This document shows positions 7,971 through 16,609 of a DNA stretch of 64,000 nucleotides, piece by piece (position 1 is the first letter of the stretch; every line of letters starts with the position of its first letter). The translations under genes and the position numbers were made by a program. Origin of the DNA: Sumerlaeia bacterium (GTDB lineage: Bacteria > Sumerlaeota > Sumerlaeia > SLMS01 > JAHLLQ01); the NCBI GenBank assembly GCA_040219255.1, contig JAVJSW010000016.1, positions 1 to 64,000 of the forward strand. Direction: 5' to 3'. Below the pieces are notes generated by a model. It saw only the letters and a program-made list of their open reading frames with translations, made no database searches and had not been told where the DNA came from.

Positions 7971-9364
7971 CCACGAAACCCTCTCCCCTTTTTTTGAACA
8001 AGGACTTGGCGACTTCGCCAACAGACCAAGAGCTTTGCCGCTCCTGGCGCGAACGCCTGGGGCCGCTCTTCGGCACGGAGGGCAAGATACTCCTGGCACT
8101 GATCGCCGTCTTTCTCGTGGCGTACTTTCTCCCCATCGAGCAGGCCCGTTTCAACAACGCCGTTCACGAGTCGCTGGCGCTGACGAAGTGGTACGCGCAG
8201 GAGCACGTGCTGCTCTGCCTGATCCCGGCGTTCTTCATCGCCGGAGCCATCGGCGCGTTTGTCAGCCAGGCCGCCGTGATGAAGTACCTCGGGGCAAAGG
8301 CGAACAAGCTCGTGGCCTACGGCGTGGCATCCACGAGCGGGACGCTTCTCGCGGTCTGTTCCTGCACGGTGCTGCCGCTCTTTGCGGGCATCTGGAAGCG
8401 GGGCGCGGGGCTGGGTCCGGCGGCGGCGTTTCTCTACAGCGGCCCCGCCATCAACATCCTCGCGATCATCCTGACGGCGCGGGTGCTGGGGTTTGAGTTG
8501 GGCCTGGCGCGGGCGATCTTTGCCATCGTGTTCAGCGTCGTCATCGGGCTCGCCATGGCGTTCCTCTTTGCAAAGGATGAGGCGCAGAAGGCCGCCGAGG
8601 CCGCGAAGCAACCGCCGGTTCCGGAGAGCCGCCCCCTCTGGCAGAGCGCCACGATGCTGGCGGCGATGACTGGCATCCTGATCTTCGCGAACTGGGGTCA
8701 TCCGGCGGAGCAGGCCGGTCTCTGGTACGCGATCTGGTCCTGGCGCTGGATCGCGACGGCGGGCTTCGCGCTCATGCTCGCAGCGGGGCTGCACCTCTTC
8801 TATGCCGTGCGCTTGGCAGAGGTCATCCTCTCCGTCGTCGCCGTCGGAGCCCTCGCTTTCCTCTTCCCGGCTTACCCGCTCATCCCCTTCGTCGCGGGCG
8901 TTATCGCCCTGGCGCTGATGGCGACCAGTGGCAACGAGGACCTTTCCGACTGGCTCGGCCAGACGTGGGACTTCACGAAGAAGATCCTGCCGCTGCTCCT
9001 CGCGGGCGTTGTTGTTGCCGGGCTGCTGCTGGGCCGCCCGGGACACGAAGGCCTGATCCCGTCGGCCTGGGTCGAGAGCGCCCTCGGCGGCAATTCCTTC
9101 GGCGCGAACGCCTTCGCCTCCATCGCCGGGGCGCTCATGTACTTCGCGACGCTCACCGAAGTACCGATCCTCCAGGGCCTGCTAGGCGCGGGCATGGGCG
9201 AAGGCCCGGCCCTGGCGCTGCTTCTCGCGGGTCCGGCCCTTTCCCTTCCCAACATGATCGTCATCCGAAGCGTGATGGGCACGAAGAAGACCCTCGTCTT
9301 CGTCGGACTCGTTGTCGTGTTGGCGACGCTCAGTGGCCTCCTTTACGGGGCCCTGTTCACCTGA
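7967..9364 (+). CDS. Permease (DUF318 / ArsP-like)
   Basis: EHVLLCLIPAFFIAGAI, LAVCSCTVLPLFAGI, FLYSGPAIN, YFATLTEVP, LLLAGPALSLP. A TTG start overlapping the arsR stop is assumed. Confidence 0.9.
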   Translation: MTTKPSPLFLNKDLATSPTDQELCRSWRERLGPLFGTEGKILLALIAVFLVAYFLPIEQARFNNAVHESLALTKWYAQEHVLLCLIPAFFIAGAIGAFVSQAAVMKYLGAKANKLVAYGVASTSGTLLAVCSCTVLPLFAGIWKRGAGLGPAAAFLYSGPAINILAIILTARVLGFELGLARAIFAIVFSVVIGLAMAFLFAKDEAQKAAEAAKQPPVPESRPLWQSATMLAAMTGILIFANWGHPAEQAGLWYAIWSWRWIATAGFALMLAAGLHLFYAVRLAEVILSVVAVGALAFLFPAYPLIPFVAGVIALALMATSGNEDLSDWLGQTWDFTKKILPLLLAGVVVAGLLLGRPGHEGLIPSAWVESALGGNSFGANAFASIAGALMYFATLTEVPILQGLLGAGMGEGPALALLLAGPALSLPNMIVIRSVMGTKKTLVFVGLVVVLATLSGLLYGALFT

Positions 9365-9393
9365 CCATTTTCCCGATCGCAGGAGATCGTTCC

Positions 9394-9627
9394 ATGAAGA
9401 AGCTACAGATCCTGGGCACCGGATGCCCGAAATGCAAGAAGCTCACCGAGATGACCGAGGCCGCCGCGAAGGACGCGGGCATCGAGTACGAGTTGGAGAA
9501 GGTGACCGGCATCGACGACATCGTGGCCTTCGGCGTGATGACCACGCCAGCGCTTGTCGTCGATGGCGAAGTGAAGGTCGCGGGCAAGCTGCCCACGGCG
9601 AGCGAACTCCAGTCGATGCTGAGCTAA
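9394..9627 (+). CDS. arsE: Small redox-active disulfide protein (MTH895/ArsE-like thioredoxin)
   Basis: ILGTGCPKC...GVMTTPALVVDGEVKVAGK; AGGAG RBS. Confidence 0.88.
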   Translation: MKKLQILGTGCPKCKKLTEMTEAAAKDAGIEYELEKVTGIDDIVAFGVMTTPALVVDGEVKVAGKLPTASELQSMLS

Positions 9628-9637
9628 GGAGAACACC

Positions 9638-10165
9638 ATGAAGCCCAAGGTCATCGTTACCGCAGCACTTCTTCTCTTCGTCGGGATCAGCCTCGCCGCC
9701 ATCGTGGTGAAGGAGATGGGAGCAGAGCCCGCGCCCGCCGCCGCGACGCCTTCCGTACCTGACGCGGCCTCGCCAGCCGAGGCGAGGACTGCTGAAGCCT
9801 TGCCATCCGAAGCGCCGGAGGAAACCCGCTTCGTCGTCTACTACTTCCACGGCAATCTGCGGTGCAAGACCTGCACAAACATCGAAAACCAGTCCCACGA
9901 CGCCATCACGACGATGTTCGCCGACCAGCTTGCCTCCGGCGAACTGGAGTGGCGGCTTGTGAACTTTGACACGCCGGAGTACGAGCACTTCCGCGACGAC
10001 TTCCAACTCGCCTTCCAGTCCGTCGTGCTGGCGGAGGAGCGCGGCGGCAAGATCGTCCGGTGGGAGAACCTGGCCGACGTGTGGACGAAGATTCTCGGAA
10101 GTCCCCGGGAGTTCGAGGAGTACGTAGTCGACAGCACCGTCACCTTCATGGCGGGCGGCGCATGA
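9638..10165 (+). CDS. arsF: ArsF-family exported thioredoxin-like protein
   Basis: N-terminal hydrophobic anchor and VYYFHGNLRCKTC; lies between the ArsE-like and ArsG-like genes. Confidence 0.78.
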   Translation: MKPKVIVTAALLLFVGISLAAIVVKEMGAEPAPAAATPSVPDAASPAEARTAEALPSEAPEETRFVVYYFHGNLRCKTCTNIENQSHDAITTMFADQLASGELEWRLVNFDTPEYEHFRDDFQLAFQSVVLAEERGGKIVRWENLADVWTKILGSPREFEEYVVDSTVTFMAGGA

Positions 10166-10854
10166 TGAACGAGTGGCTTCTGGGAGCGGGCACGGCGCTC
10201 TGGCTCGGCATCCTCACGTCGATCAGCCCGTGCCCCCTCGCCACCAACATCGCGGCGGTTTCGTACATCTCCCGCCGGGTGGAGAAGACGCGGCTGGCGG
10301 TGTTCTCAGGACTGCTCTACACCGCGGGGCGGACGCTCACGTATCTCGTTCTCGGCGTCGTGCTCTCCGCCAGCCTGCTCGCCGTGCCGCAGCTTTCCCA
10401 CTTCCTCCAGAAGTACATGAACATGCTCATGGGGCCGCTGCTCATCATCGTCGGCATGTTCCTACTGGAGTTGCTGACGCTACCGTCGGGCTCCGGGTCG
10501 AACTGGGGCCAGAAGATGCAAGCCCACGCCGACAAGCTCGGCGTCTGGGGCGCGGGCCTTCTTGGGATTGTCTTCGCGCTTTCGTTCTGCCCCACGTCGG
10601 CGGCGCTCTTCTTCGGCAGCCTTCTGCCGCTCACGATCAAGAGCGGCTCCTCCGTCATCTACCCAGGCCTCTACGGCATCGGCACGGCCTTGCCCGTGCT
10701 CGGCTTCGCGCTCGTCATCGCCTTCGGAGCAAAGGGGCTTGGTGCGGCTTTCAAGCGCGTCAGCGTGTTCGAGCTGTGGGCACGGCGCATCACCGGAGGC
10801 CTCTTCATCGCCATCGGCGTGTGGATGAGTGTGCGGTTCGTTCTGATGGCATGA
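10162..10854 (+). CDS. arsG: ArsG-family (CcdA/DsbD-like) membrane protein
   Basis: LGILTSISPCPLATNIAAVSY...FALSFCPTSAALFFG; ATGA overlap with the upstream gene. Confidence 0.82.
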   Translation: MMNEWLLGAGTALWLGILTSISPCPLATNIAAVSYISRRVEKTRLAVFSGLLYTAGRTLTYLVLGVVLSASLLAVPQLSHFLQKYMNMLMGPLLIIVGMFLLELLTLPSGSGSNWGQKMQAHADKLGVWGAGLLGIVFALSFCPTSAALFFGSLLPLTIKSGSSVIYPGLYGIGTALPVLGFALVIAFGAKGLGAAFKRVSVFELWARRITGGLFIAIGVWMSVRFVLMA

Positions 10855-10863
10855 GGGCAAGGC

Positions 10864-11187
10864 TCAATCCGCCCTGTTCCCCAGGTAGATCACCGCCGTT
10901 CCTGCCAGACATAAGCCCACGCCAAGAAGGTCGGCCAGCGACAGCCTCTCCTTGTCCACGAGCACGAGCCACAGCGTCGCGGCAAAGATATAGACCCCGC
11001 CGTAGGCGGCGTAGATCCTGCCGCTCGCGTGCGGGTGCAACGTGAGGAGCCAAGCAAAGATCGCGAGTGATGCCAGCCCCGGCAGCCACAGCCACGGCGA
11101 CTTGTCCTGCCGCAGCGCGAGCCACGGCAGGTAGCACCCCAGGATCTCGAAGAACGCGGTGATGAAGAAGAGCAGCATGTTGGTCAC
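10864..11187 (-). CDS. ynfA: YnfA/UPF0060 small membrane protein
   Basis: TAFFEILGCYLPWL...FAWLLTLHP..SGRIYAAYGGVYI. Start at GTG 11187 or ATG 11178. Confidence 0.9.
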   Translation of the reverse strand: MTNMLLFFITAFFEILGCYLPWLALRQDKSPWLWLPGLASLAIFAWLLTLHPHASGRIYAAYGGVYIFAATLWLVLVDKERLSLADLLGVGLCLAGTAVIYLGNRAD

Positions 11188-11273
11188 GGCGGTTGGCTCC
11201 CAGCGCAGGTGACGAAGGTTGGTAAGGCGCGAGTAAGTGCCGCCAGAAAAAACGCTACTGAGCGTTGAAGGGC

Positions 11274-11313
11274 TTGACACAGAGGGGCCGTTCATTTCGT
11301 CTTATGGCGAAAT
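11274..11313 (+). promoter_or_regulatory. -35 TTGACA plus an ArsR-type operator ATTTCG-N8-CGAAAT
   Basis: TTGACA at 11274-11279; inverted repeat at 11294-11299 / 11308-11313 upstream of the second arsR. Confidence 0.65.
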
Positions 11314-11331
11314 AACGGAGACGTAAACGCC

Positions 11332-11772
11332 ATGCGAAACATCCTCGCCATTACCAAAGCCCTCGCGGACCTGAACCGGATCCGCATTCTCTGCGCTCTT
11401 TCCGAGCGCGGGGAGCTTTGCGTTTGCCAGGTGCAGGAACTCCTCGCTCTCGCGCCGTCGTCGACCTCCAAGCATCTGAGCATCCTCGCCAGTGCCGGTC
11501 TTCTCTCCGTCCGCAAGGAAGGCCGCTGGGCCTACTACTCGGTGGCCGAGGAAGCGGATCAGCCCGAGGAAGCCGCCGAGGTCGTGGCCTGGGTGACGCG
11601 CCAGGCGGCGAAGGAAAGGGCGATCCACGAGGACCGCCAACGACTGAAACTCATTCTATCCATCTCCCCGGAGGAGCTATGTCAGCGACAAGCCAACGGA
11701 CAAAGGTGCTGTTCCTCTGCACCGGAAACTCATGCCGCAGCCAGATCGCGGAAGGCTACGCCCGCGATCTGA
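11332..11772 (+). CDS. arsR: ArsR family repressor with a C-terminal C...CC extension
   Basis: KALADLNRIRIL..ELCVCQV..SSTSKHLSILASAGL..RKEGRWAYY; tail EELCQRQANGQRCCSS. Confidence 0.9.
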   Translation: MRNILAITKALADLNRIRILCALSERGELCVCQVQELLALAPSSTSKHLSILASAGLLSVRKEGRWAYYSVAEEADQPEEAAEVVAWVTRQAAKERAIHEDRQRLKLILSISPEELCQRQANGQRCCSSAPETHAAARSRKATPAI

Positions 11773-12110
11773 AAGGCGCCACCATCGACGCCTACAGCGC
11801 CGGGATCGTGGCTCATGGCCAAAACCCGAACGCCATCAAGGTGATGGCCGAGGACGGCATCGACATCACGACCCAAGCGTCGAAAACGCTTCAGTCGCTT
11901 CTCGATGCCGGCGCCGTCTTCGATGTCGTCTATACGGTCTGCGGCCACGCCGACGACAACTGCCCGGTGTTTCCCGGCGCCACGCGGGTCGTGCACCACA
12001 ACTTCGACGATCCGCCGAAACTGGCGAAGGACGCCAAAACCGAGGAAGAAGCCCTGAACCACTATCGCCGGGTTCGCGACGCGATCCGCGCCTGGATCGA
12101 AACGCTGTAA
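11679..12110 (+). CDS. arsC: Thioredoxin-coupled arsenate reductase (LMW-PTP fold)
   Basis: VLFLCTGNSCRSQIAEG, TVCGHADDNCPVFPG, FDDP; GGAGGAG RBS before the ATG at 11679. Confidence 0.93.
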   Translation: MSATSQRTKVLFLCTGNSCRSQIAEGYARDLKGATIDAYSAGIVAHGQNPNAIKVMAEDGIDITTQASKTLQSLLDAGAVFDVVYTVCGHADDNCPVFPGATRVVHHNFDDPPKLAKDAKTEEEALNHYRRVRDAIRAWIETL

Positions 12111-12140
12111 CGCCAACTTTTTTTTAGGAGTCACTTCGCT

Positions 12141-13010
12141 ATGTCTAGAAACGACGAACAAAGCAAACAACAGGAAGTCCGCGAGAAAGTCCGCGCTGGA
12201 TACGCCTCCATCGCCGTCGCCGAACCCCAGCCCAAGGCGAACGGCTGCTGCGGCGGAACGTCCTGCTGCGGCCCCGACAACGCCGACGATGCCACGGCTC
12301 TCGCCACGGCCGTCGGCTATGCGGCGCAGGATCTCGCGTCGCTGCCCGAAGGCGCGAACATGGGCCTTTCCTGCGGCAACCCCACGGCCCTGGCCGCTCT
12401 CAAGGAAGGCGAGGTGGTCGTCGATCTTGGCTCCGGTGGCGGCTTCGACGTCTTCATCGCGGGCGGCAAGGTCGGCCCCGCCGGCCGTGCCATCGGCGTG
12501 GACATGACGCCGGAGATGCTCAGCAAGGCCCGCCGCAACGCCGCCACATACCGCGAGCGCACCGGCCTCGACAACGTCGAGTTCCGCCTCGGCGAAATCG
12601 AGCATCTTCCCCTCCCCGACAACAGCGCCGACGTCATCATCAGCAACTGCGTGATCAACCTCTCGCCCGCCAAGGACCAGGTCTGGCGCGAGATCGCCCG
12701 CGTCCTGAAGCCCGGCGGGCGCGTCGCCGTCAGCGACCTGGCGCTCGTGCAACCTCTCCCCGCAGAGATCGCCGCCATGGTCGAAGCCCTCGTCGGCTGC
12801 GTCGCCGGGGCGGTCTTGATATCGGAGACGGAACGCATGGCGAAGGATGCTGGGCTGTCGAACATCGTCCTCGAACGCAAGGACGATTACGTCGACGCCA
12901 TGACCTCCTGGAACGACCCGCTCTACGCGAAGATCATCTCCGCTCTCCCCGAGGGCTCGAAGATCTCCGACTACGTGACGAGCCTCAACGTCTCGGCTCG
13001 AAAGGATTAG
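12141..13010 (+). CDS. arsM: Arsenite S-adenosylmethyltransferase
   Basis: N-terminal CC pairs, [34 protein letters not shown]. Confidence 0.95.
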   Translation: MSRNDEQSKQQEVREKVRAGYASIAVAEPQPKANGCCGGTSCCGPDNADDATALATAVGYAAQDLASLPEGANMGLSCGNPTALAALKEGEVVVDLGSGGGFDVFIAGGKVGPAGRAIGVDMTPEMLSKARRNAATYRERTGLDNVEFRLGEIEHLPLPDNSADVIISNCVINLSPAKDQVWREIARVLKPGGRVAVSDLALVQPLPAEIAAMVEALVGCVAGAVLISETERMAKDAGLSNIVLERKDDYVDAMTSWNDPLYAKIISALPEGSKISDYVTSLNVSARKD

Positions 13011-13017
13011 GACCGCC

Positions 13018-13449
13018 ATGTCGGAACGAAACATCCTCGTCCTGTGTACCGGGAACTCCTGCCGCAGCCAAATGGCCGAGGCTTTCATCCGCCGGCTTGC
13101 CGGAGAAAGGTTTGAAGTCTTCAGCGCCGGGCTGGAACCGGCTCCGGAGATTCATCCGCTGGCCCTGCGCGTCATGGACGAAATCGGCGAGATCATGGAA
13201 GGGCAGCATCCCAAGAGCGTGAAAACCTATTTGGGCCGAATGGGCTTTCGGTACGTCGTCTTCGTTTGCGCCGACGCGGAGAACAGTTGTCCCAGGATTT
13301 TTCCCGGGGTGCTCAACTTCGTGAACCTGACCGTCGACGACCCCGCCAAGGCGGAAGGCACGCAGGAGGAACGCCTCGAAGTCTTCCGCCGCGTTCGCGA
13401 TGAACTGCACGACAAGATCGAGCGCTGGGTCGGCACCCTCGACGCCTAG
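13018..13449 (+). CDS. arsC: Second arsenate reductase (LMW-PTP fold)
   Basis: ILVLCTGNSCRSQMAEA, VCADAENSCPRIFPG, DDP. Confidence 0.92.
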   Translation: MSERNILVLCTGNSCRSQMAEAFIRRLAGERFEVFSAGLEPAPEIHPLALRVMDEIGEIMEGQHPKSVKTYLGRMGFRYVVFVCADAENSCPRIFPGVLNFVNLTVDDPAKAEGTQEERLEVFRRVRDELHDKIERWVGTLDA

Positions 13450-13470
13450 CCCAACCGGAGAAGAGTTATC

Positions 13471-14610
13471 ATGTCAGATGCTACGAGCACCGGCGACGCC
13501 GGTTGCCCCACAACGACCGGCGGACGCCTTTCCTTCCTTGATCGCTACCTTACCGTCTGGATTTTCCTGGCGATGGGGATCGGCGTCGGTCTCGGATACT
13601 TTTTCCAGAGCGGTATCGCTTCCTTCAACGCGGCCCTGACGGTTGGCGAGCACACCAACCTGCTGATCGCGGCGGGCTTGATCCTCATGATGTACCCGCC
13701 GCTGGCAAAGGTGAAGTACGAACTCATGGGCAAGGTCTTCGCCGACCACAAGGTCCTCAGCCTGTCGCTCGTTCAGAACTGGATCGTCGGGCCGACTCTG
13801 ATGTTCCTCCTCGCCGTTGGCTTCTTCGGCTTCATCGCACCGGCCGTATTCGGTCCCGATGAACGCTGGGGGCTCTACATGACGGGGCTGATCCTGGTCG
13901 GCATCGCGCGGTGCATCGCCATGGTGCTCGTCTGGAATCAGCTCGCCCGCGGCAGCAGCGAATACGCCGCCGGGCTGGTCGCTCTCAACAGCGTCTTTCA
14001 GATCGTCACCTTCGGCCTCTACGCCTGGATTTTCGTCACCGTTCTTCCGCCCCTCTTCGGCCTCGCAGGGGCCGTGGTCGAAGTGAGCATGGGCGAGATT
14101 TTCGCCAGCGTCATCATCTATCTCGGCATTCCCTTCGCTGCCGGCATCATGAGCCGTCTGATCCTCGTTCGGACCAAAGGCGCCGAGTGGTACGACCGCA
14201 CCTTCATTCCCGCCATTTCACCGATTACACTGGTCGCCCTCCTCTTCACCATCGTTGTGATGTTTTCCACGCAAGGCGAGCGGATCATCCAGCAACCGCT
14301 GGATGTCCTGTGGATCGCGATCCCGCTGGCCGCCTACTTCGCCATCATGTTCCTGGTCAGCTTCTTCATGGCGTGGAAAGTCGGCGCGGACTACGCCCGG
14401 TCCGCGACCTTGGCCTTCACCGCCTCGGGCAACAACTTCGAACTGGCCATCGCCGTCGCCATCGCCGTCTTCGGCATCGGCTCCCCCGTCGCGTTCGCGA
14501 CCGTCGTTGGGCCGCTGGTGGAAGTCCCAGTCTTGATCGGATTGGTGCACGTGTCGCTGTGGTTTCAGGGCAAGCTGTTCTCCCATGAAAAGGCCCCATC
14601 GGCGGCGTAA
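13471..14610 (+). CDS. acr3: ACR3 family arsenite efflux transporter
   Basis: [53 protein letters not shown]. Confidence 0.96.
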   Translation: MSDATSTGDAGCPTTTGGRLSFLDRYLTVWIFLAMGIGVGLGYFFQSGIASFNAALTVGEHTNLLIAAGLILMMYPPLAKVKYELMGKVFADHKVLSLSLVQNWIVGPTLMFLLAVGFFGFIAPAVFGPDERWGLYMTGLILVGIARCIAMVLVWNQLARGSSEYAAGLVALNSVFQIVTFGLYAWIFVTVLPPLFGLAGAVVEVSMGEIFASVIIYLGIPFAAGIMSRLILVRTKGAEWYDRTFIPAISPITLVALLFTIVVMFSTQGERIIQQPLDVLWIAIPLAAYFAIMFLVSFFMAWKVGADYARSATLAFTASGNNFELAIAVAIAVFGIGSPVAFATVVGPLVEVPVLIGLVHVSLWFQGKLFSHEKAPSAA

Positions 14611-14929
14611 GCGGGCGAGGGCTGGCTAAGCGTTTGCGCCTCGGAATCGCCTTGGGCGGCGGCCTCTGTCTCTTCGAAGGCAGAGCTTCATGCAAGCGCT
14701 TTTACGCTTGACCTGAAGACGTCCTAATCGTATTCAAACGCTCCAAGGTCATCGGGAAGGAAAGAACCAGATGGCGGCATCCTCCGCCAAAGCGCCCTCC
14801 AAGGACTGAATTCGGACCACCCTCTGACGGGTGTCTTTTTTGCCCTCTTTGTCAAAGCGCTTTTACAAGAGCCTCCCCGAAGCCTCCCATCCACGGAAAC
14901 TCTATCTCCCACCACGAAAGAGGATCACT

Positions 14930-16390
14930 ATGAAGTCTTCCATTCTGTCTCTCGCTCTCCTCTCCGGCTTGGGCCTGTGCGCCGCGCACAGCCACGCCGG
15001 CCTGGTCGCCAGCGACGACGCCGCCGATTCCGCCTACGACAGCGGCCTCAGCGATGGCCTCAACGGCGGCTCCGGCTTCGGCCCCTGGAGCATTACCACT
15101 GGCGCGAATTCCGACAGCTTCACCACCACGTCGCTCTCCAACGGCTTTGGCGCCGGCCCGGGCATCGACGCGCCTTACAACGGCGGCCGGGCCTGGGGCC
15201 TGTCCGCCTCCGATGCGGATGTCGCCTCCGCCGTGCGCCCCCTCGACTCCAGCCTCCAGGTCGGCCACACGCTGCGCTTCGCGTTCGACTACGGCTTCGC
15301 CGAAACCGGCGGCGTCGTTGGCATCGCCCTGCAGAACAGCACCGGCGAGGACCTGCTGGAAATCGCCTTCACCGGCGGCGGCAACCTGGACGTGACCGAT
15401 GGCGCGGGAACGTCGAACTCGGGCCTGTCGTTCTCGACCGATGGCTTCGAAGCTCAGATCACCCTCGACAGCGCCACCACCTACTCGGGCCGCATCGTTC
15501 GGCTCGACGACCATTCCGTTGCCACCATTTCCGGCACCCTCCTCGCCCCCGCCGGCGGCCAGGACGTGGATCAGGTCCGCTTCTTCACCGACAACATCGC
15601 CCCCCCCGGCAGCAGCGGCGACCCCGGTTGGTTCTTCTTCTTCAACGATCTGGAAGTGGACGACAATATCTCCGGCGAAACCGTCATCGCTGCCGACGAC
15701 TCCTCCAACGCGGCCTATGACAGCGGCTTCAGCGACGGCCTCAATGGCGGCACCGGCTTCAACCCGTGGAACATCACCACCGGCGCCAACGCCAACGCCT
15801 TCCTCGCCAACTCCATCGCCAACGGCTTTGGCGAAGGGCCCGGTGTCAACGCGCCCTATGGCCAGCCGGGCGACGCCTGGGGTCTTGCCTCCTCCGACGG
15901 CTCCAACGCCACGGCCGCGCGTCCCTTCGCCGCCGCCATGCAACCCGGCCAGACGATCCGCTTCGGCTTCGACTACGGCTTCGTCGAGACCGGCGCCATC
16001 CTCGGCGCCCGCATCCAGAACGCCTCCGGCGAAGACCTGATCCTCATCAGCTTCTCCGGCGGTGGCACCGGCATGTTCGTTACCCATGGAACCGACAGCA
16101 CGGCGATCGGGCTGGGCTATTCGAGCGACGGCTTCGAGGTGGAGATCACCCTGGACACCACCACCACATTCTCCGGAACCATCACCCGCCTGGGCAACCG
16201 GACCTCGGAAGCGATTTCCGGCACGCTGTTCTCGCCCGGCGGCGGACAAGCCATCGCGCAGGTCGCCTTCTTCGCCAACAACGTCGCGCCTTCCGGCATG
16301 AGCGGCGACCAGGGCTGGTTCTACCACTTCAACAACCTGGAAATCGTCGCCCCCGCCAGCAGTGTGGGCGATTGGGCGCTGTTCGACTAA
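14930..16390 (+). CDS. Secreted protein with two tandem ~225-aa repeats and a C-terminal VxDW motif
   Basis: Signal peptide MKSSILSLALL..SHA; duplicated A.DD....AYDSG.SDGLNGG.GF.PW.ITTGAN...FDYGF.ETG...F.N.LE; ends SSVGDWALFD. Confidence 0.85.
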   Translation: MKSSILSLALLSGLGLCAAHSHAGLVASDDAADSAYDSGLSDGLNGGSGFGPWSITTGANSDSFTTTSLSNGFGAGPGIDAPYNGGRAWGLSASDADVASAVRPLDSSLQVGHTLRFAFDYGFAETGGVVGIALQNSTGEDLLEIAFTGGGNLDVTDGAGTSNSGLSFSTDGFEAQITLDSATTYSGRIVRLDDHSVATISGTLLAPAGGQDVDQVRFFTDNIAPPGSSGDPGWFFFFNDLEVDDNISGETVIAADDSSNAAYDSGFSDGLNGGTGFNPWNITTGANANAFLANSIANGFGEGPGVNAPYGQPGDAWGLASSDGSNATAARPFAAAMQPGQTIRFGFDYGFVETGAILGARIQNASGEDLILISFSGGGTGMFVTHGTDSTAIGLGYSSDGFEVEITLDTTTTFSGTITRLGNRTSEAISGTLFSPGGGQAIAQVAFFANNVAPSGMSGDQGWFYHFNNLEIVAPASSVGDWALFD

Positions 16391-16440
16391 ACCGGCCCCG
16401 CCTCCCCCAGTCTCCGTCCTTCGTGCGGAGGTTCTCCTGG

Positions 16441-16476
16441 CCGGCGCCTTCCTTTCGAGGAGGGCGCCGGTTTTTT
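16441..16476 (+). terminator. Rho-independent terminator
   Basis: CCGGCGCCTTCCT-TTCG-AGGAGGGCGCCGG followed by TTTTTT. Confidence 0.88.
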
Positions 16477-16609
16477 CATGGGTCTTCCCCCGTCTTGCCA
16501 AGGACCGGATTGCTGGCGGGAAACGCAGGGACTCTGCCGTTGCCACCGGCACGCCGAGATGCAACTGATTGCATGCCATTCGAAGACTTCCTCGGGGGAA
16601 CATTACGGC

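Noticed and set aside
6780-14610. Arsenic cluster as cargo of the left-hand island
   Set aside because: It lies outside the inferred junction in bcp, and no mobility genes or terminal repeats were seen around it.
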